NCBI GenBank assembly: GCA_963827235.1
Contig: CAWHAE010000016.1
Location: 160,001 to 224,000, forward strand
From: an uncultured bacterium
GTDB lineage: Bacteria > Chloroflexota > UBA5177 > JANWHV01
Direction: 5' to 3'
Length of the DNA: 64,000 nucleotides
Shown piece by piece: positions 38,254 through 48,041 of the stretch. Under the pieces are notes generated by a model. That model did not search any database and was not told the origin of the DNA. It was given only the letters and a program-made list of their open reading frames with translations. Within the stretch, counting starts at the first letter, position 1; the number at the start of each line of letters is the position of its first letter. The position numbers and the translations under genes are program-made.

Positions 38254-39528
38254 CTACTGCGAGAGCTGTGACACCCCTTGCTGCATCTGCTGAGCCGCGC
38301 TCTGCGCGGTAGTGGAACCCGCCGCGACGGCGGACTGCAGCCGGAAGAAGGTCGTGCTCATGAACTCGGCCGGGAAGGCCTGGTCCATGATCGTGTACGT
38401 GGAGTACTTGCTCGTAAGCTTCGCGTACTGGTTCGCCAACGGATTGGTTGACGCGCTGGGCATTGCGCCCTTGGTAGCGCTGGAACCATCGACGGCATAG
38501 TACTTCACCTGCGTCGCCGGCTGGATCCACCAGTTGAGGAACTCGGCGGCCTCGGCGGCGTGTTTCGACTGGCTAGAAATCATGAACTGCTCGGCGAAGC
38601 CGTCGAGCCGTGCCGGCTTCTGGTCGGTCGGCGGCGCGAAGAATCCTACCTGCTTGTCCGTCAGTCCGGCCGACGTCACATTCGTGGTAAGCCAGTCACC
38701 TTCAGGTACCATGGCTACCTTGCCCTGGTAGAATAGGTTCTCAGCCTGCGTAGGTGTGACACCCATGTATCCCGAGGGAAGCCAGCCGTTGTCGGTCCAC
38801 TTCTTGAGCAGAGCGAAGGCGGCAACTACCTGCGGGCTGTTCCAGCTTGCCTTGCCGAGCAGCAGCTGATCGTGCAGCGTCGCGCCGGCTGTGTGCTCGA
38901 GGAAGAAGTCGAACACGCGCATGATATGCCAGCCGTAGACGCCGGCCGCCGACAGGCAGGGGATCTGGTGCGTCTTCAGCGTGCCGCAGAGGCTCTCGAG
39001 CTGGGCAAAGGTGGTGGGCACCGCCAGCCCGTACTTGCTGAAGATGTCCTTACGATAGTAGAACGTGATCGTGCGTTGGTCGATAGGTGCGCCCCAGACT
39101 GAGCTGTGGCGGGTAATCAGCCCCACAGCGGAGGGCAGAAGCAGCTTGTTCCAGCCGTACTTCTTGTAGTAGGACGTGAGATCGAGGGCGGAGTGGGCAT
39201 CAATGAACGGTCCGGAGAGCGTGCCGCCCCACATCGTGAACAGATCCGGAGCTCGTCCGCCGGCGATGTCGGTGCGCAGTTGATTCGGGAACGTCGCTGC
39301 TCCCGTGCCGGCTACCGTGTTCTGCGTGATGGTGATGCCCGGATGTGAGCTCTCGAAGTCCTTGATCGCGCCATTGAAGAGCTTGGCCTGGTCACTCGAA
39401 TACCAGGTGAGAAACGTCAGGTTCACCGAATCCGCCCTGGCTGCCCGTGGAAGAGCGCCAAGCCCGGAAGTGCCAACCAGACCGGCAATGAGCAAGACGG
39501 CCGTGAGCCATCGCTTGGTCAGTCGCAT
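38254..39528 (-). CDS. Sugar ABC transporter substrate-binding protein (family 1)
   Basis: Signal peptide (ARA-D), APDLFTMWGG, FYYRKDIF, PTTFAQL, GKVAMVPEGDW. Confidence 0.92.
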   Translation of the reverse strand: MRLTKRWLTAVLLIAGLVGTSGLGALPRAARADSVNLTFLTWYSSDQAKLFNGAIKDFESSHPGITITQNTVAGTGAATFPNQLRTDIAGGRAPDLFTMWGGTLSGPFIDAHSALDLTSYYKKYGWNKLLLPSAVGLITRHSSVWGAPIDQRTITFYYRKDIFSKYGLAVPTTFAQLESLCGTLKTHQIPCLSAAGVYGWHIMRVFDFFLEHTAGATLHDQLLLGKASWNSPQVVAAFALLKKWTDNGWLPSGYMGVTPTQAENLFYQGKVAMVPEGDWLTTNVTSAGLTDKQVGFFAPPTDQKPARLDGFAEQFMISSQSKHAAEAAEFLNWWIQPATQVKYYAVDGSSATKGAMPSASTNPLANQYAKLTSKYSTYTIMDQAFPAEFMSTTFFRLQSAVAAGSTTAQSAAQQMQQGVSQLSQ

Positions 39529-39629
39529 CGGTTCGATCTCCTAACAATACTAGTCGGAACCCGGAAGGTCCTTCATCGATAAGGCCGGCCACCTTCATCT
39601 CACTGGTCCTGAACACACCTCCCTTGCTC

Positions 39630-39861
39630 TGAATAAACATTCTCCATTACGTGGTTATGCTTGAAGACTGCGAGGACTATAGCATGGTGCGGAGCGATCT
39701 GTCAAGCTATCCGGCGGCCGGGCCGCCTGTTTCTCCTACCGCGTGGCGCCCGCCACCCTCAGAAACGGTCGCCGCCCTGGAGGCGTTCCCCTTGACAAGC
39801 CCGCCGGTTCAATGCTATCGTCTGAAGCCAGAATGTAGTTTCTACTAAGAATACCTATTCA
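39630..39861. promoter_or_regulatory. Divergent sigma70-type promoters with three palindromic operator-like sites
   Basis: Left: TTGACA(39705-39700)-18-TATAGT(39681-39676). Right: TTGACA(39792-97)-18-TATCGT(39816-21). Sites: TGAATAAACATTCT 39630-43, AGAATGTAGTTTCT 39830-43, AGAATACCTATTCA 39848-61. Confidence 0.7.
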
Positions 39862-39979
39862 CGACAGTGCAAGGAGGTCGCTGCGTACACGGCCGGCGGC
39901 GAGACACCGCAGCGGCGTGCACCGAACAAGCGATCGAGCGGTCTGAAAGCGCAACGCCCACTTCGTAGGAGGTGCCGAC

Positions 39980-40825
39980 ATGAGCAGTACTGTAAGCGAC
40001 GCCACGGACGATGAGCTGCTCCGCGCCGAAGCGTCGGCGATCAGACGGCAGAGCTTGCAGATGGTCCACAGCGCTCGCCTGGGCCATCCCGGCAGCGACA
40101 TGTCGGCCATCGACATACTCACCACCCTGTACTTTCGCGTCCTCAACGTCGATCCCGCGCGGCCGCGCATGCCTGCACGCGACCGGTTCATCATGAGTAA
40201 GGGGCACGCATCGGCCTCCTTCTACGCCACGCTGGCACGCGCCGGATTCTTTCCCGAGCAGGACCTCCTGACATACATGCAACCGGGCTCCGCGCTGAGC
40301 GGCCACCCGCACAACGGCATCGTACCCGGCGTCGAAGCCAGCACGGGTCCACTCGGACACGGCCTGCCGATTGGCGTTGGCGCGGCGCTGTCCGCCAAGC
40401 TCGACGGGGCATCGTGGCGGGTGTTCGTGCTCACCGGCGACGGGGAGTTGCAGGAAGGCAGCAACTGGGAAGCCGCGATGTCAGCTGCACACTACGAGCT
40501 GGACAACCTCGTCCTGATCGTCGACCGCAATCGCCTGCAGCAGGGTGCGGAAACCGAGCGCACCACGCGACTGGAGCCGCTCGCCGACAAGTGGCGGGCG
40601 TTCGGATGGGCTGTGCGCGAGACTGACGGACACGACTATGCGTCGCTGCGGGAGGTGCTGAGTAAGGTTCCCTTCGAGCTCAAACGTCCGAACTGCCTGA
40701 TCGCCCACACGCACAAAGGTCAGGGCGTCTCTTTCATGAAGGACCAGATCGGCTGGCATCATCGCATACCGACGGACGAAGAGCTGGAGCGTGCGCTGCG
40801 CGAGCTGGAAGGAGCGAAGCGTTGA
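39980..40825 (+). CDS. Transketolase, N-terminal (TPP-binding) subunit; AptA-like
   Basis: GHPGSDMS, RDRFIMSKGH, STGPLGHG, GDGELQEGSNWEA; AGGAGG RBS. Confidence 0.93.
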   Translation: MSSTVSDATDDELLRAEASAIRRQSLQMVHSARLGHPGSDMSAIDILTTLYFRVLNVDPARPRMPARDRFIMSKGHASASFYATLARAGFFPEQDLLTYMQPGSALSGHPHNGIVPGVEASTGPLGHGLPIGVGAALSAKLDGASWRVFVLTGDGELQEGSNWEAAMSAAHYELDNLVLIVDRNRLQQGAETERTTRLEPLADKWRAFGWAVRETDGHDYASLREVLSKVPFELKRPNCLIAHTHKGQGVSFMKDQIGWHHRIPTDEELERALRELEGAKR

Positions 40826-41772
40826 ACGACGTGCTGTACGATTGCCGCGATGCATTCTCCAGGACGCTCGCGGAGATTGCCCAGACCGATAAGCGAATCG
40901 TCGCTGTGGTCAATGATTCCGTGGGCTCCAGCAAGCTCGGGGAGTTTCGCAAGCAGTTTCCCGATCGACTGATCAACGTTGGCATCGCCGAACAGACGAT
41001 GATAGGCGTTGCCGCGGGTCTCGCCAACGGAGGCAAGATCCCATTCGTCTGCGGGGCCTCCTGTTTCCTGACTGCCAGAGCATTGGAGCAGATCAAGGCC
41101 GACCTGGCTTACTCGAACGCGCAAGTGACGCTCTGCGGCATCAGCAGCGGCCTGGCCTACGGCGAGCTCGGTCCGACGCATCACTCCATAGAGGATCTCG
41201 CCTGGACCAGGGCAATTGCCAACATGACAGTCATTGTTCCCGCGGATCCTCCCGAAACAGAGCAGGCGGTCCGCGCGGCAGCACAACTGGATGGACCGGT
41301 CTTCCTCCGTTTGAGCCGCATGCACGTGCCGATCGTGCACGCACCCGACTATCGATTCTCGATCGGGCGGGCCGCGACTCTGCGTACGGGAGGCGATGTC
41401 ACCCTCGTGGCTGCCGGTATCATGGTGACGCGCGCGCTGGACGCCGCAGATCTGCTGGCAGCGCGCGGGATCAACGCACGCGTGCTGAACATGGCCACCG
41501 TCCGTCCCATCGACCGAAACGCACTCATCGCCGCGGCGAGGGAAACCGGCGCCATCGTCACCGCGGAGGAGCACACGACGTTTGGCGGCCTCGGCAGCGC
41601 CGTGGCCGAGGTCGTGGTAACAGCGGTTCCCGTACCCATGCGAATCCTTGGCATACCGGGTGTATTCGCCCCGACCGGCTCGGCGGAGTGGCTGCTGAGC
41701 CACTTCGGTCTCACAGCGCAGGGTATTGCCGAGGCCGCGCTCGAGATACTTGGCTCGCGGGTGGTGAATTGA
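40822..41772 (+). CDS. Transketolase, C-terminal subunit; AptB-like
   Basis: NVGIAEQ, GPTHHSIED, GPVFLRL, AEEH..GGLGSAVAE; TTGA overlap. Confidence 0.93.
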   Translation: MNDVLYDCRDAFSRTLAEIAQTDKRIVAVVNDSVGSSKLGEFRKQFPDRLINVGIAEQTMIGVAAGLANGGKIPFVCGASCFLTARALEQIKADLAYSNAQVTLCGISSGLAYGELGPTHHSIEDLAWTRAIANMTVIVPADPPETEQAVRAAAQLDGPVFLRLSRMHVPIVHAPDYRFSIGRAATLRTGGDVTLVAAGIMVTRALDAADLLAARGINARVLNMATVRPIDRNALIAAARETGAIVTAEEHTTFGGLGSAVAEVVVTAVPVPMRILGIPGVFAPTGSAEWLLSHFGLTAQGIAEAALEILGSRVVN

Positions 41773-43304
41773 GCGGACTCCTGCTGGCAATCGACCAGGG
41801 CACGAGTAACACGAAGGCTGTGCTCGTCAATCAATCCGGATCGGTCGTGGCGCGGGCAACGCAAGCACTGACGCGCGGTTATCCCCAACCGGGTTGGGTG
41901 GAGCAGGATCCGCAGGCAATACTAGTCAGCGTGTACGCAGCTCTCGACGCCGTGCTCGCTCAGGCCGGCCATCCACGCGTCGACGCGATCGCCATAAGCA
42001 ACCAGCGTGAGTCGGTGCTGCTCTGGGAGCGATGCTCGGGCACGCCCCTCGGACCCTGCGTGTCCTGGCAATGCCGGCGAAGCGAGCGCCTGTGCGCCGA
42101 GATACGCTATGCTGGTGCGGAGCCGCTCATCCTGTCTGCCACCGGTTTGCCGCTCGATCCAATGTTCTCGGCCGGCAAGGCACGCTGGCTGCTCGACCAC
42201 GCGCCCGACGGCAAGGCTCGCGCTGCCCAGGGTGAGCTATGTCTCGGCACCGTGGATAGCTGGCTGCTATGGAATCTCACCGGCGGCCGTATCCATGCCT
42301 GCGATGTCGGCAATGCCGCCCGGACGCAGCTCTTCAACACTCGCGACCTTCGCTGGGATCGCGCCCTTCTGGACGTGTTCGGCGTACCGGGCGCCGCGCT
42401 GCCGGACGTCAAGCCGTCGGGCTCAGTCTTCGGCACCAATCTGCCGGTCGCCTCGCTACCCGGTGGCATACCGATCGCGGCGATGATGGGCGACTCGCAT
42501 GCCGCACTTTTCGGCCAGGGCGGCTTCCACCCCGGCGTGATCAAGGCAACCTATGGCACCGGCTCGTCGCTCATGACGCCCACGAGCAGGCGTGTGGAGG
42601 CGGGACGAGGCATTGCCAGTACCATCGCGTGGGCCCGCCGGGATGTCACCTATGCGCTCGAAGGAAACATCACCGTCTCCGGCGCTGCGGTGCGGTGGCT
42701 GGGCAAGCTCTTTAACCTGGAGCGGGCGCCAGAGGAGGTGACCGCGCTGGCCAGGCAGGTACCGGACTCGGACGGCGTATACCTGGTGCCAGCATTTGCC
42801 GGCCTGGGTGCCCCGCACTGGAACACCGCTGCTCGCGGCCTGATCTGTGGACTGACGGACCGCACGACCGTCGCGCACCTGGCGCGCGCAACGCTTGACG
42901 CTATTACCTTTCTGGTGCGCGACGTATTTGAAGCGATGGGCGCCTGCTCGGGCGAAGCCTTCACCGCGCTCCTGGCAGACGGGGGTCCCAGCGGTAACGA
43001 CATGCTGATGCAGCTGCAATCGGACGCGTTGAATGTACCGGTCGTGCGCACGGCCTCTTCTGATCTCTCGGCAATTGGCGCGGCGTATATGGCCGGCTTG
43101 ACCGTCGGGTACTGGCCATCGGAGGATGCCGTCCTGAGTTTGATCGGACCACGCGCTCGTTTTGAGCCCGCAATGGACGATGCCAGGCGCAAATCGCTTT
43201 ATAGCGGCTGGCTGGATGCGCTGGCTCGCACCACGCTCGAGCCAGGTAGCCGCCCGGCGCCGCGGTCGACTACCGGAGCCCGCGGCGATAATCGGCAAGG
43301 ATAG
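41769..43304 (+). CDS. FGGY-family carbohydrate kinase (glycerol-kinase-like; apulose kinase candidate)
   Basis: LAIDQGTSNTKA, PQPGWVEQDP, ISNQRE, SWQCRRS, GDSHAALFG, KATYGTG, VPAFAGLGAPHW; TTG 41769 overlaps the previous stop. Confidence 0.92.
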   Translation: MSGLLLAIDQGTSNTKAVLVNQSGSVVARATQALTRGYPQPGWVEQDPQAILVSVYAALDAVLAQAGHPRVDAIAISNQRESVLLWERCSGTPLGPCVSWQCRRSERLCAEIRYAGAEPLILSATGLPLDPMFSAGKARWLLDHAPDGKARAAQGELCLGTVDSWLLWNLTGGRIHACDVGNAARTQLFNTRDLRWDRALLDVFGVPGAALPDVKPSGSVFGTNLPVASLPGGIPIAAMMGDSHAALFGQGGFHPGVIKATYGTGSSLMTPTSRRVEAGRGIASTIAWARRDVTYALEGNITVSGAAVRWLGKLFNLERAPEEVTALARQVPDSDGVYLVPAFAGLGAPHWNTAARGLICGLTDRTTVAHLARATLDAITFLVRDVFEAMGACSGEAFTALLADGGPSGNDMLMQLQSDALNVPVVRTASSDLSAIGAAYMAGLTVGYWPSEDAVLSLIGPRARFEPAMDDARRKSLYSGWLDALARTTLEPGSRPAPRSTTGARGDNRQG

Positions 43305-43313
43305 GAGTCTTCC

Positions 43314-44264
43314 ATGCATGCAGGCGAGGTTCCCGCCAAGCGGACGCGCGTGATCGTGAATACTGATGCCAAGAACGAAGCCGACGATCAGTACGCCATC
43401 GTGCACGCCATTCTCACTCCGTCGTTTGAGCTGCACGGCATCATCCCGGCACACTTCCGCGGCGTCGTGCCGCCGGAACTGTTGCCGTGGGGTGCAGGCC
43501 TCGAGGCGCGCGCCGCGCACGACAGCCAGGCGCAGAGCCGGGCCGAAGTAGTCAAGCTGCTCGCACTGATGAATCTGCAAGAGGCAATACATGTCGCCGA
43601 CGGCGCTCCCGTGGCGCTTCCCGATAGCGGCACGCCTGTGCCGTCGCCGGGCGCCGACCTCATCATCCGGGAGGCGCTGCGCGATGACCCGCGGCCGCTC
43701 TTCGTAGCGTTCTACGGGCCTCTGACAGACATGGCGAGTGCGCTCCTGATCGAACCGCGCATAGCGGATCGGAATGTCGTGGTCGTCTGGATTGGCGGCG
43801 GTCCCTGGCCCGAGGGTGGCGCCGAGTTCAACCTTTCCAACGACATTCACGCCGCCAACGTGGTCTTTCGCTCACGGATCCAGGTCTGGCAGATTCCCAG
43901 TCCGGTCTACAAGCTGATGCCGGTGAGCTACGCGGAGCTGCGGGCGAAAGTACAACCATGCGGCGCGCTCGGACGCTACCTCGTCGAGCAGCTCATCGAG
44001 TGGAACACGCGCTGGGTGGACGGCCCGATTGAATACCGATCGCTTGGCGACTCGCCCGCCGTGGGCGTGATCATGTACCCGGACTGCGGACGATGGTCCA
44101 TGCGCCCCGCGCCGCAGTTCGACGACGCCATGCGCTACCAGCACATTGGCGGCAACCGGCCGATCCGCGTCTACGACTCGGTCGATGCGCGCTTCATCCA
44201 CGAGGACTTCTTCGCGAAGCTCGCATCGTTCACGGCGGGCGGGCACGAGCCGGAGAGCCGATGA
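43314..44264 (+). CDS. Nucleoside hydrolase (IU-NH) family protein
   Basis: RVIVNTDAKNEADDQYAIVHA, GPLTD, WIGG, EFNL..DI.AAN, LGDSPAV. Confidence 0.88.
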   Translation: MHAGEVPAKRTRVIVNTDAKNEADDQYAIVHAILTPSFELHGIIPAHFRGVVPPELLPWGAGLEARAAHDSQAQSRAEVVKLLALMNLQEAIHVADGAPVALPDSGTPVPSPGADLIIREALRDDPRPLFVAFYGPLTDMASALLIEPRIADRNVVVVWIGGGPWPEGGAEFNLSNDIHAANVVFRSRIQVWQIPSPVYKLMPVSYAELRAKVQPCGALGRYLVEQLIEWNTRWVDGPIEYRSLGDSPAVGVIMYPDCGRWSMRPAPQFDDAMRYQHIGGNRPIRVYDSVDARFIHEDFFAKLASFTAGGHEPESR

Positions 44265-44341
44265 TCGTCCACCGCCGCCGGCAGTCGTAGCCGCGACAAG
44301 CGACGGCCACTGCGAGAATCTCGTATGGCGAATGGAGCAAG

Positions 44342-45880
44342 ATGCACTCACAAGCGTGGCGCGAAGTCGAGATCCAGCTCACCGCGATGAGAGACTATCC
44401 CAACCCATACACGGACCTCGATGTCTGGGCCGAGTTTACGCACGAGAACGGACTCACCGTGCGCCGTCCTGCGTTCTGGGACGGTGCTCTCAGCTGGGCC
44501 CTGCGTTTTGCCTCGCCCGTCGCATCTGGGCGCTGGGCCTGGAGGACGTTCTGCAGCGTCGACGATCCCGGACTCGCCGGGCATACGGGCCACATCCTCT
44601 GCGAGACTGGTCCATCGCCTGAGAACCGATTCTACAGGCACGGCTTCTGGCGCATGTCGCCCGGCGGCCGGAACCTGATCCATGCAGACGGTACGGCCGC
44701 GCTCCTCGCGGCCGACACCGCCTGGGCGCTGCCCTGGCGTGCCACTGAGGAGCAGTGCCGAACCTACGCGGCCGACAGGCACTCCAAGGGATTCAACGCC
44801 GCGCTTCTGATGAGTGCGCAGCCGGACATGGGGGCCCGCGGTCCTCGTGACCGTTCGGCAGACGAGGGCTTCGACGTCGGGTTCGAGGATCTGGCGGCCG
44901 GGCACATCAACCGGCTGAACCCAAGCTACTTCCAATGCCTGGATCGGCTCCTGAGTATCCTGGTCGAGCACGAAATCGTACCCGTGCTCCAACCGGTCTT
45001 TCAGGGCTACGGCTGGAAGGGCCTTGGGGTCGCGGGCACCGTGGTTCCGCCGGTGGAGTACGCCCGCTATTGCCGGTATCTGGTGGCTCGCTACGGCGCG
45101 CGGCCGGCTATCTATCTGGTCGGCGCCGATGGGTCGGGCTACGAGCCTCAGGTAGCAGCCGGGGGCCAGGAGGTCGAGCGGTGGGATGCCTACAGCCAAC
45201 CCACTGGAATCCACTATCGCCCGCACGCCGACAATTGCGCCCGGCAGGATGCCGCCTGGCTGGACTTCCAGTGGTGCCAGACAGGCCACATCGGCGAGCA
45301 TCTGCCAGAGCGAGTGGCGGACATGTGGCGCAACCTGCCGGTGAAAGCGGTAGCGAACGGAGAGCCCACCTACGAGCACATCGGCAAGCGGGGCCGGGCG
45401 GCGGGCTGGTGGCAGGGCCACGAGGCATGGAGCAACCTGTGCGCCGGCGGCACCATGGGCGTGGTCTACGGCGCGGGCAGTCTGTGGCAATGGCGGCTTC
45501 ACGACGACGAGCCCGGCCATGAGGCATGGTGCTCGGCCGCGGGGTCAGGATGGCGAGAGGCCAGTGACTTCGAGGGATCGCGATATGTCGGGGGCGTGGC
45601 GAAGATCGTCGACGGATTGCCGCTCGCCGATCTCGCGCCGGACTGGAAGGTGACGCTCGGCCGACGCGGGCTGCTGGTCCCGGACAGGCTGTTCATCGGT
45701 TACGTCGAAGACGGTGGGCCGTTGCGACTGTTTGGAGAAGCGATCCCGCATCGGTACCGGGTGGTCGATCCACGGACCGGCAGGGTGACCGGCAGCGGCG
45801 TGCGCAGCCAGGCCGAACCGGAGATCCCGGACAGCGGGGGAGGGCCCCGTGTCTATATCTGTTGCGATGAAACCGATTAG
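44342..45880 (+). CDS. DUF5060 + DUF4038 (apiosidase-like, GH140-related) glycoside hydrolase
   Basis: NPY.D.DV.AEF...PAFWDG..W.LRFA (DUF5060); [42 protein letters not shown] (DUF4038); no signal peptide. Confidence 0.8.
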   Translation: MHSQAWREVEIQLTAMRDYPNPYTDLDVWAEFTHENGLTVRRPAFWDGALSWALRFASPVASGRWAWRTFCSVDDPGLAGHTGHILCETGPSPENRFYRHGFWRMSPGGRNLIHADGTAALLAADTAWALPWRATEEQCRTYAADRHSKGFNAALLMSAQPDMGARGPRDRSADEGFDVGFEDLAAGHINRLNPSYFQCLDRLLSILVEHEIVPVLQPVFQGYGWKGLGVAGTVVPPVEYARYCRYLVARYGARPAIYLVGADGSGYEPQVAAGGQEVERWDAYSQPTGIHYRPHADNCARQDAAWLDFQWCQTGHIGEHLPERVADMWRNLPVKAVANGEPTYEHIGKRGRAAGWWQGHEAWSNLCAGGTMGVVYGAGSLWQWRLHDDEPGHEAWCSAAGSGWREASDFEGSRYVGGVAKIVDGLPLADLAPDWKVTLGRRGLLVPDRLFIGYVEDGGPLRLFGEAIPHRYRVVDPRTGRVTGSGVRSQAEPEIPDSGGGPRVYICCDETD

Positions 45881-45994
45881 CTTGTCACCAACTGCCGGAT
45901 TAAGCGCGAGGCGACCTGACACCGGTGCGTCGAGCGACCCTGGACGTGCATAGCTGACCGGCTTCCAGTTACCAGCGGCGAGAAGGAGACGTCC

Positions 45995-47458
45995 ATGAGC
46001 ACAACGGCAATGCGACCAGTCCCCGTAACGGGCACCACTCCATCGCTGCGTCCGGTCACCCTCGGTGTGATCGTGGGCAACCGGGGCTTCTTCCCGCAAC
46101 ACCTGGCTCTCAGCGGCCGAAGAGTCATTCTGGAGGTACTGGCCAGGGCAGGTATCAACGCCGTGATCCTGGCGGAGGAGTTGTCGGAGGTCGGCGCGAT
46201 CGAGTCCCTGCAAGAGGCGCGGGCGTGCGCCGATCTGTTCCGGCAGCATCGCGAGGAGATCGACGGTGTGCTGGTCACGTTGCCCAATTTCGGCGACGAG
46301 CGCGCGGTAGCCAACGCCCTGCGCATGTCGGGGCTCAACGTGCCTGTGCTGATCCACGCCTTTCCCGACGATCCCGCCAAGATGCGCCTCGAAGATCGGC
46401 GGGACAGCTTCTGCGGCAAGATGAGCGTCTGCAACAATCTGCGGCAATATGGGATTCCCTACTCGCTCACCCAGATGCATACCGTCGACCCGGCGAGCGA
46501 CTCGTTTGCACGTGATCTGGCCGGGTTTGCGGCCGTATGCCGTGTCGTACGCGGTCTGCGCGGCATGCGGGTCGGGATGCTCGGGGCCCGGCCCAGCTCC
46601 TTCAACACTGTGCGGTTCAGCGAAAAGCTGCTGGAGCACAGCGGAATCAGTGTGGAGACGCTCGACCTTTCGGAGGCCCTTGGGCGCATCGGACGCATTG
46701 CCGACAACGATACTGAGGTCGCCGCCAAGTGTGAGGCAGTCACACGATACGCGGACTCAGGACGCGTGCCCGCCGACGCTTTGACGAGGATGGCCAAGCT
46801 CGGCGTGGTCCTGGACCGTTGGATGGGGGACCAGGCTCTCGACGCCACTGCGATCCAGTGCTGGACTTCGCTCGAGGAGAACCTCGGCGTGATGCCATGC
46901 ACGCTTATGAGCATGGCCAGCAACAGCCTGTTGCCCGCCGCCTGCGAGACCGACGTCGCGGGCGTGGTCGGCATGTATGCGCTGGCAATGGCTTCAGGAC
47001 AGCCGAGCGCGATCGTCGACTGGAACAACAACTATGCCGAGGATCCGGACAAGGCGATAGTGTTCCACTGCTCGAACTTGCCGAAAGCAGTATTCATTGA
47101 CGTGCAGCCCAAGATGGATTACTCGCCGCTCTTCGCCGGCACCGTGGGCCGCGAGAACGCCTATGGCATCATTCGCGGACGCGTGCGCGACAACCCGTTT
47201 ACATATCTCCGGGTGTCCACGGACGACGCAGCCGGGGTGATACGGGCCTACGTCGGCGAGGGTGCGTTCACCGCGGACCCGCTGCAGACCTACGGCGGCT
47301 ACGGAGTGGTGAAGGTCCCGCGCCTGCAGGAGCTGCTGAGCTTCATCTGCGAGCAGGGCTTCGAGCACCATGTCTCGATCAATCAGACCACCGTGGCGGC
47401 ACCCGTGCACGAGGCCCTGACCAAGTACCTCGGGTGGACGGTGCATTACCACCGCTGA
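45995..47458 (+). CDS. L-fucose/L-arabinose isomerase family protein
   Basis: VGNRGFFP, LPNFGDE, RRDSFCGKMS, AIQCW, ACETD, FHCSN, GFEHH; AAGGAG RBS. Confidence 0.88.
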   Translation: MSTTAMRPVPVTGTTPSLRPVTLGVIVGNRGFFPQHLALSGRRVILEVLARAGINAVILAEELSEVGAIESLQEARACADLFRQHREEIDGVLVTLPNFGDERAVANALRMSGLNVPVLIHAFPDDPAKMRLEDRRDSFCGKMSVCNNLRQYGIPYSLTQMHTVDPASDSFARDLAGFAAVCRVVRGLRGMRVGMLGARPSSFNTVRFSEKLLEHSGISVETLDLSEALGRIGRIADNDTEVAAKCEAVTRYADSGRVPADALTRMAKLGVVLDRWMGDQALDATAIQCWTSLEENLGVMPCTLMSMASNSLLPAACETDVAGVVGMYALAMASGQPSAIVDWNNNYAEDPDKAIVFHCSNLPKAVFIDVQPKMDYSPLFAGTVGRENAYGIIRGRVRDNPFTYLRVSTDDAAGVIRAYVGEGAFTADPLQTYGGYGVVKVPRLQELLSFICEQGFEHHVSINQTTVAAPVHEALTKYLGWTVHYHR

Positions 47459-47923
47459 CCGCGGTCTCCTGCGCGATGGCCGAACGCGGGATAGCCAACC
47501 GTGCGGGCGGCGATCGTGCCGTGCCAACCGGCAGTTCGACCCAGTCGGGCGGCAGTGGCGAATCCTGCCATCACGGATCCGTGCCGACAAGGGCAGGGGT
47601 TGCCCGACGGACGGTAAAGCGACGGGGACGGCTGGGCCTTGCCAAGGAACTGCTTCACTGCCGATCAGCGGCGCGACGGCTTGACTGCAAGGCGGACTGC
47701 TATCGATTGGCCGCGCCGCGGAGCGCGCCAATCGGCGAAATGGCCGTTCTCATCCGGCGGAGGCCGTCATCCAGGGCTCTGGGCGGATGGCAGCGGCAGG
47801 TCAAGCCACCGGGCCGCGCCCCTCATGCAAGGTCTAGCCGGGATTCTGCTGCCGCCACGACTCGTGGTTGCAGGCTGACCTCCCAATGCATGCGCTAGGC
47901 GTATCCGGCACGAAGATGTCGCA

Positions 47924-47953
47924 TTGACAGACACGGATCGCGTTTGCTACCAT
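47924..47953 (+). promoter_or_regulatory. Promoter of tRNA-Asp
   Basis: TTGACA(47924-29)-18 nt-TACCAT(47948-53) with TG extended -10. Confidence 0.7.
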
Positions 47954-47964
47954 CAGGGGGCTTT

Positions 47965-48041
47965 GGAGGCGTGGTGTAGTGGCCTAACATGCCTGCCTGT
48001 CACGCAGGAGACCGCGGGTTCGAATCCCGTCGCTTCCGCCA
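47965..48041 (+). tRNA. tRNA-Asp (GUC)
   Basis: Acceptor GGAGGCG/CGCTTCC, anticodon arm CCTGC-CTGTCAC-GCAGG, T arm GCGGG-TTCGAAT-CCCGT, encoded CCA. Confidence 0.97.
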
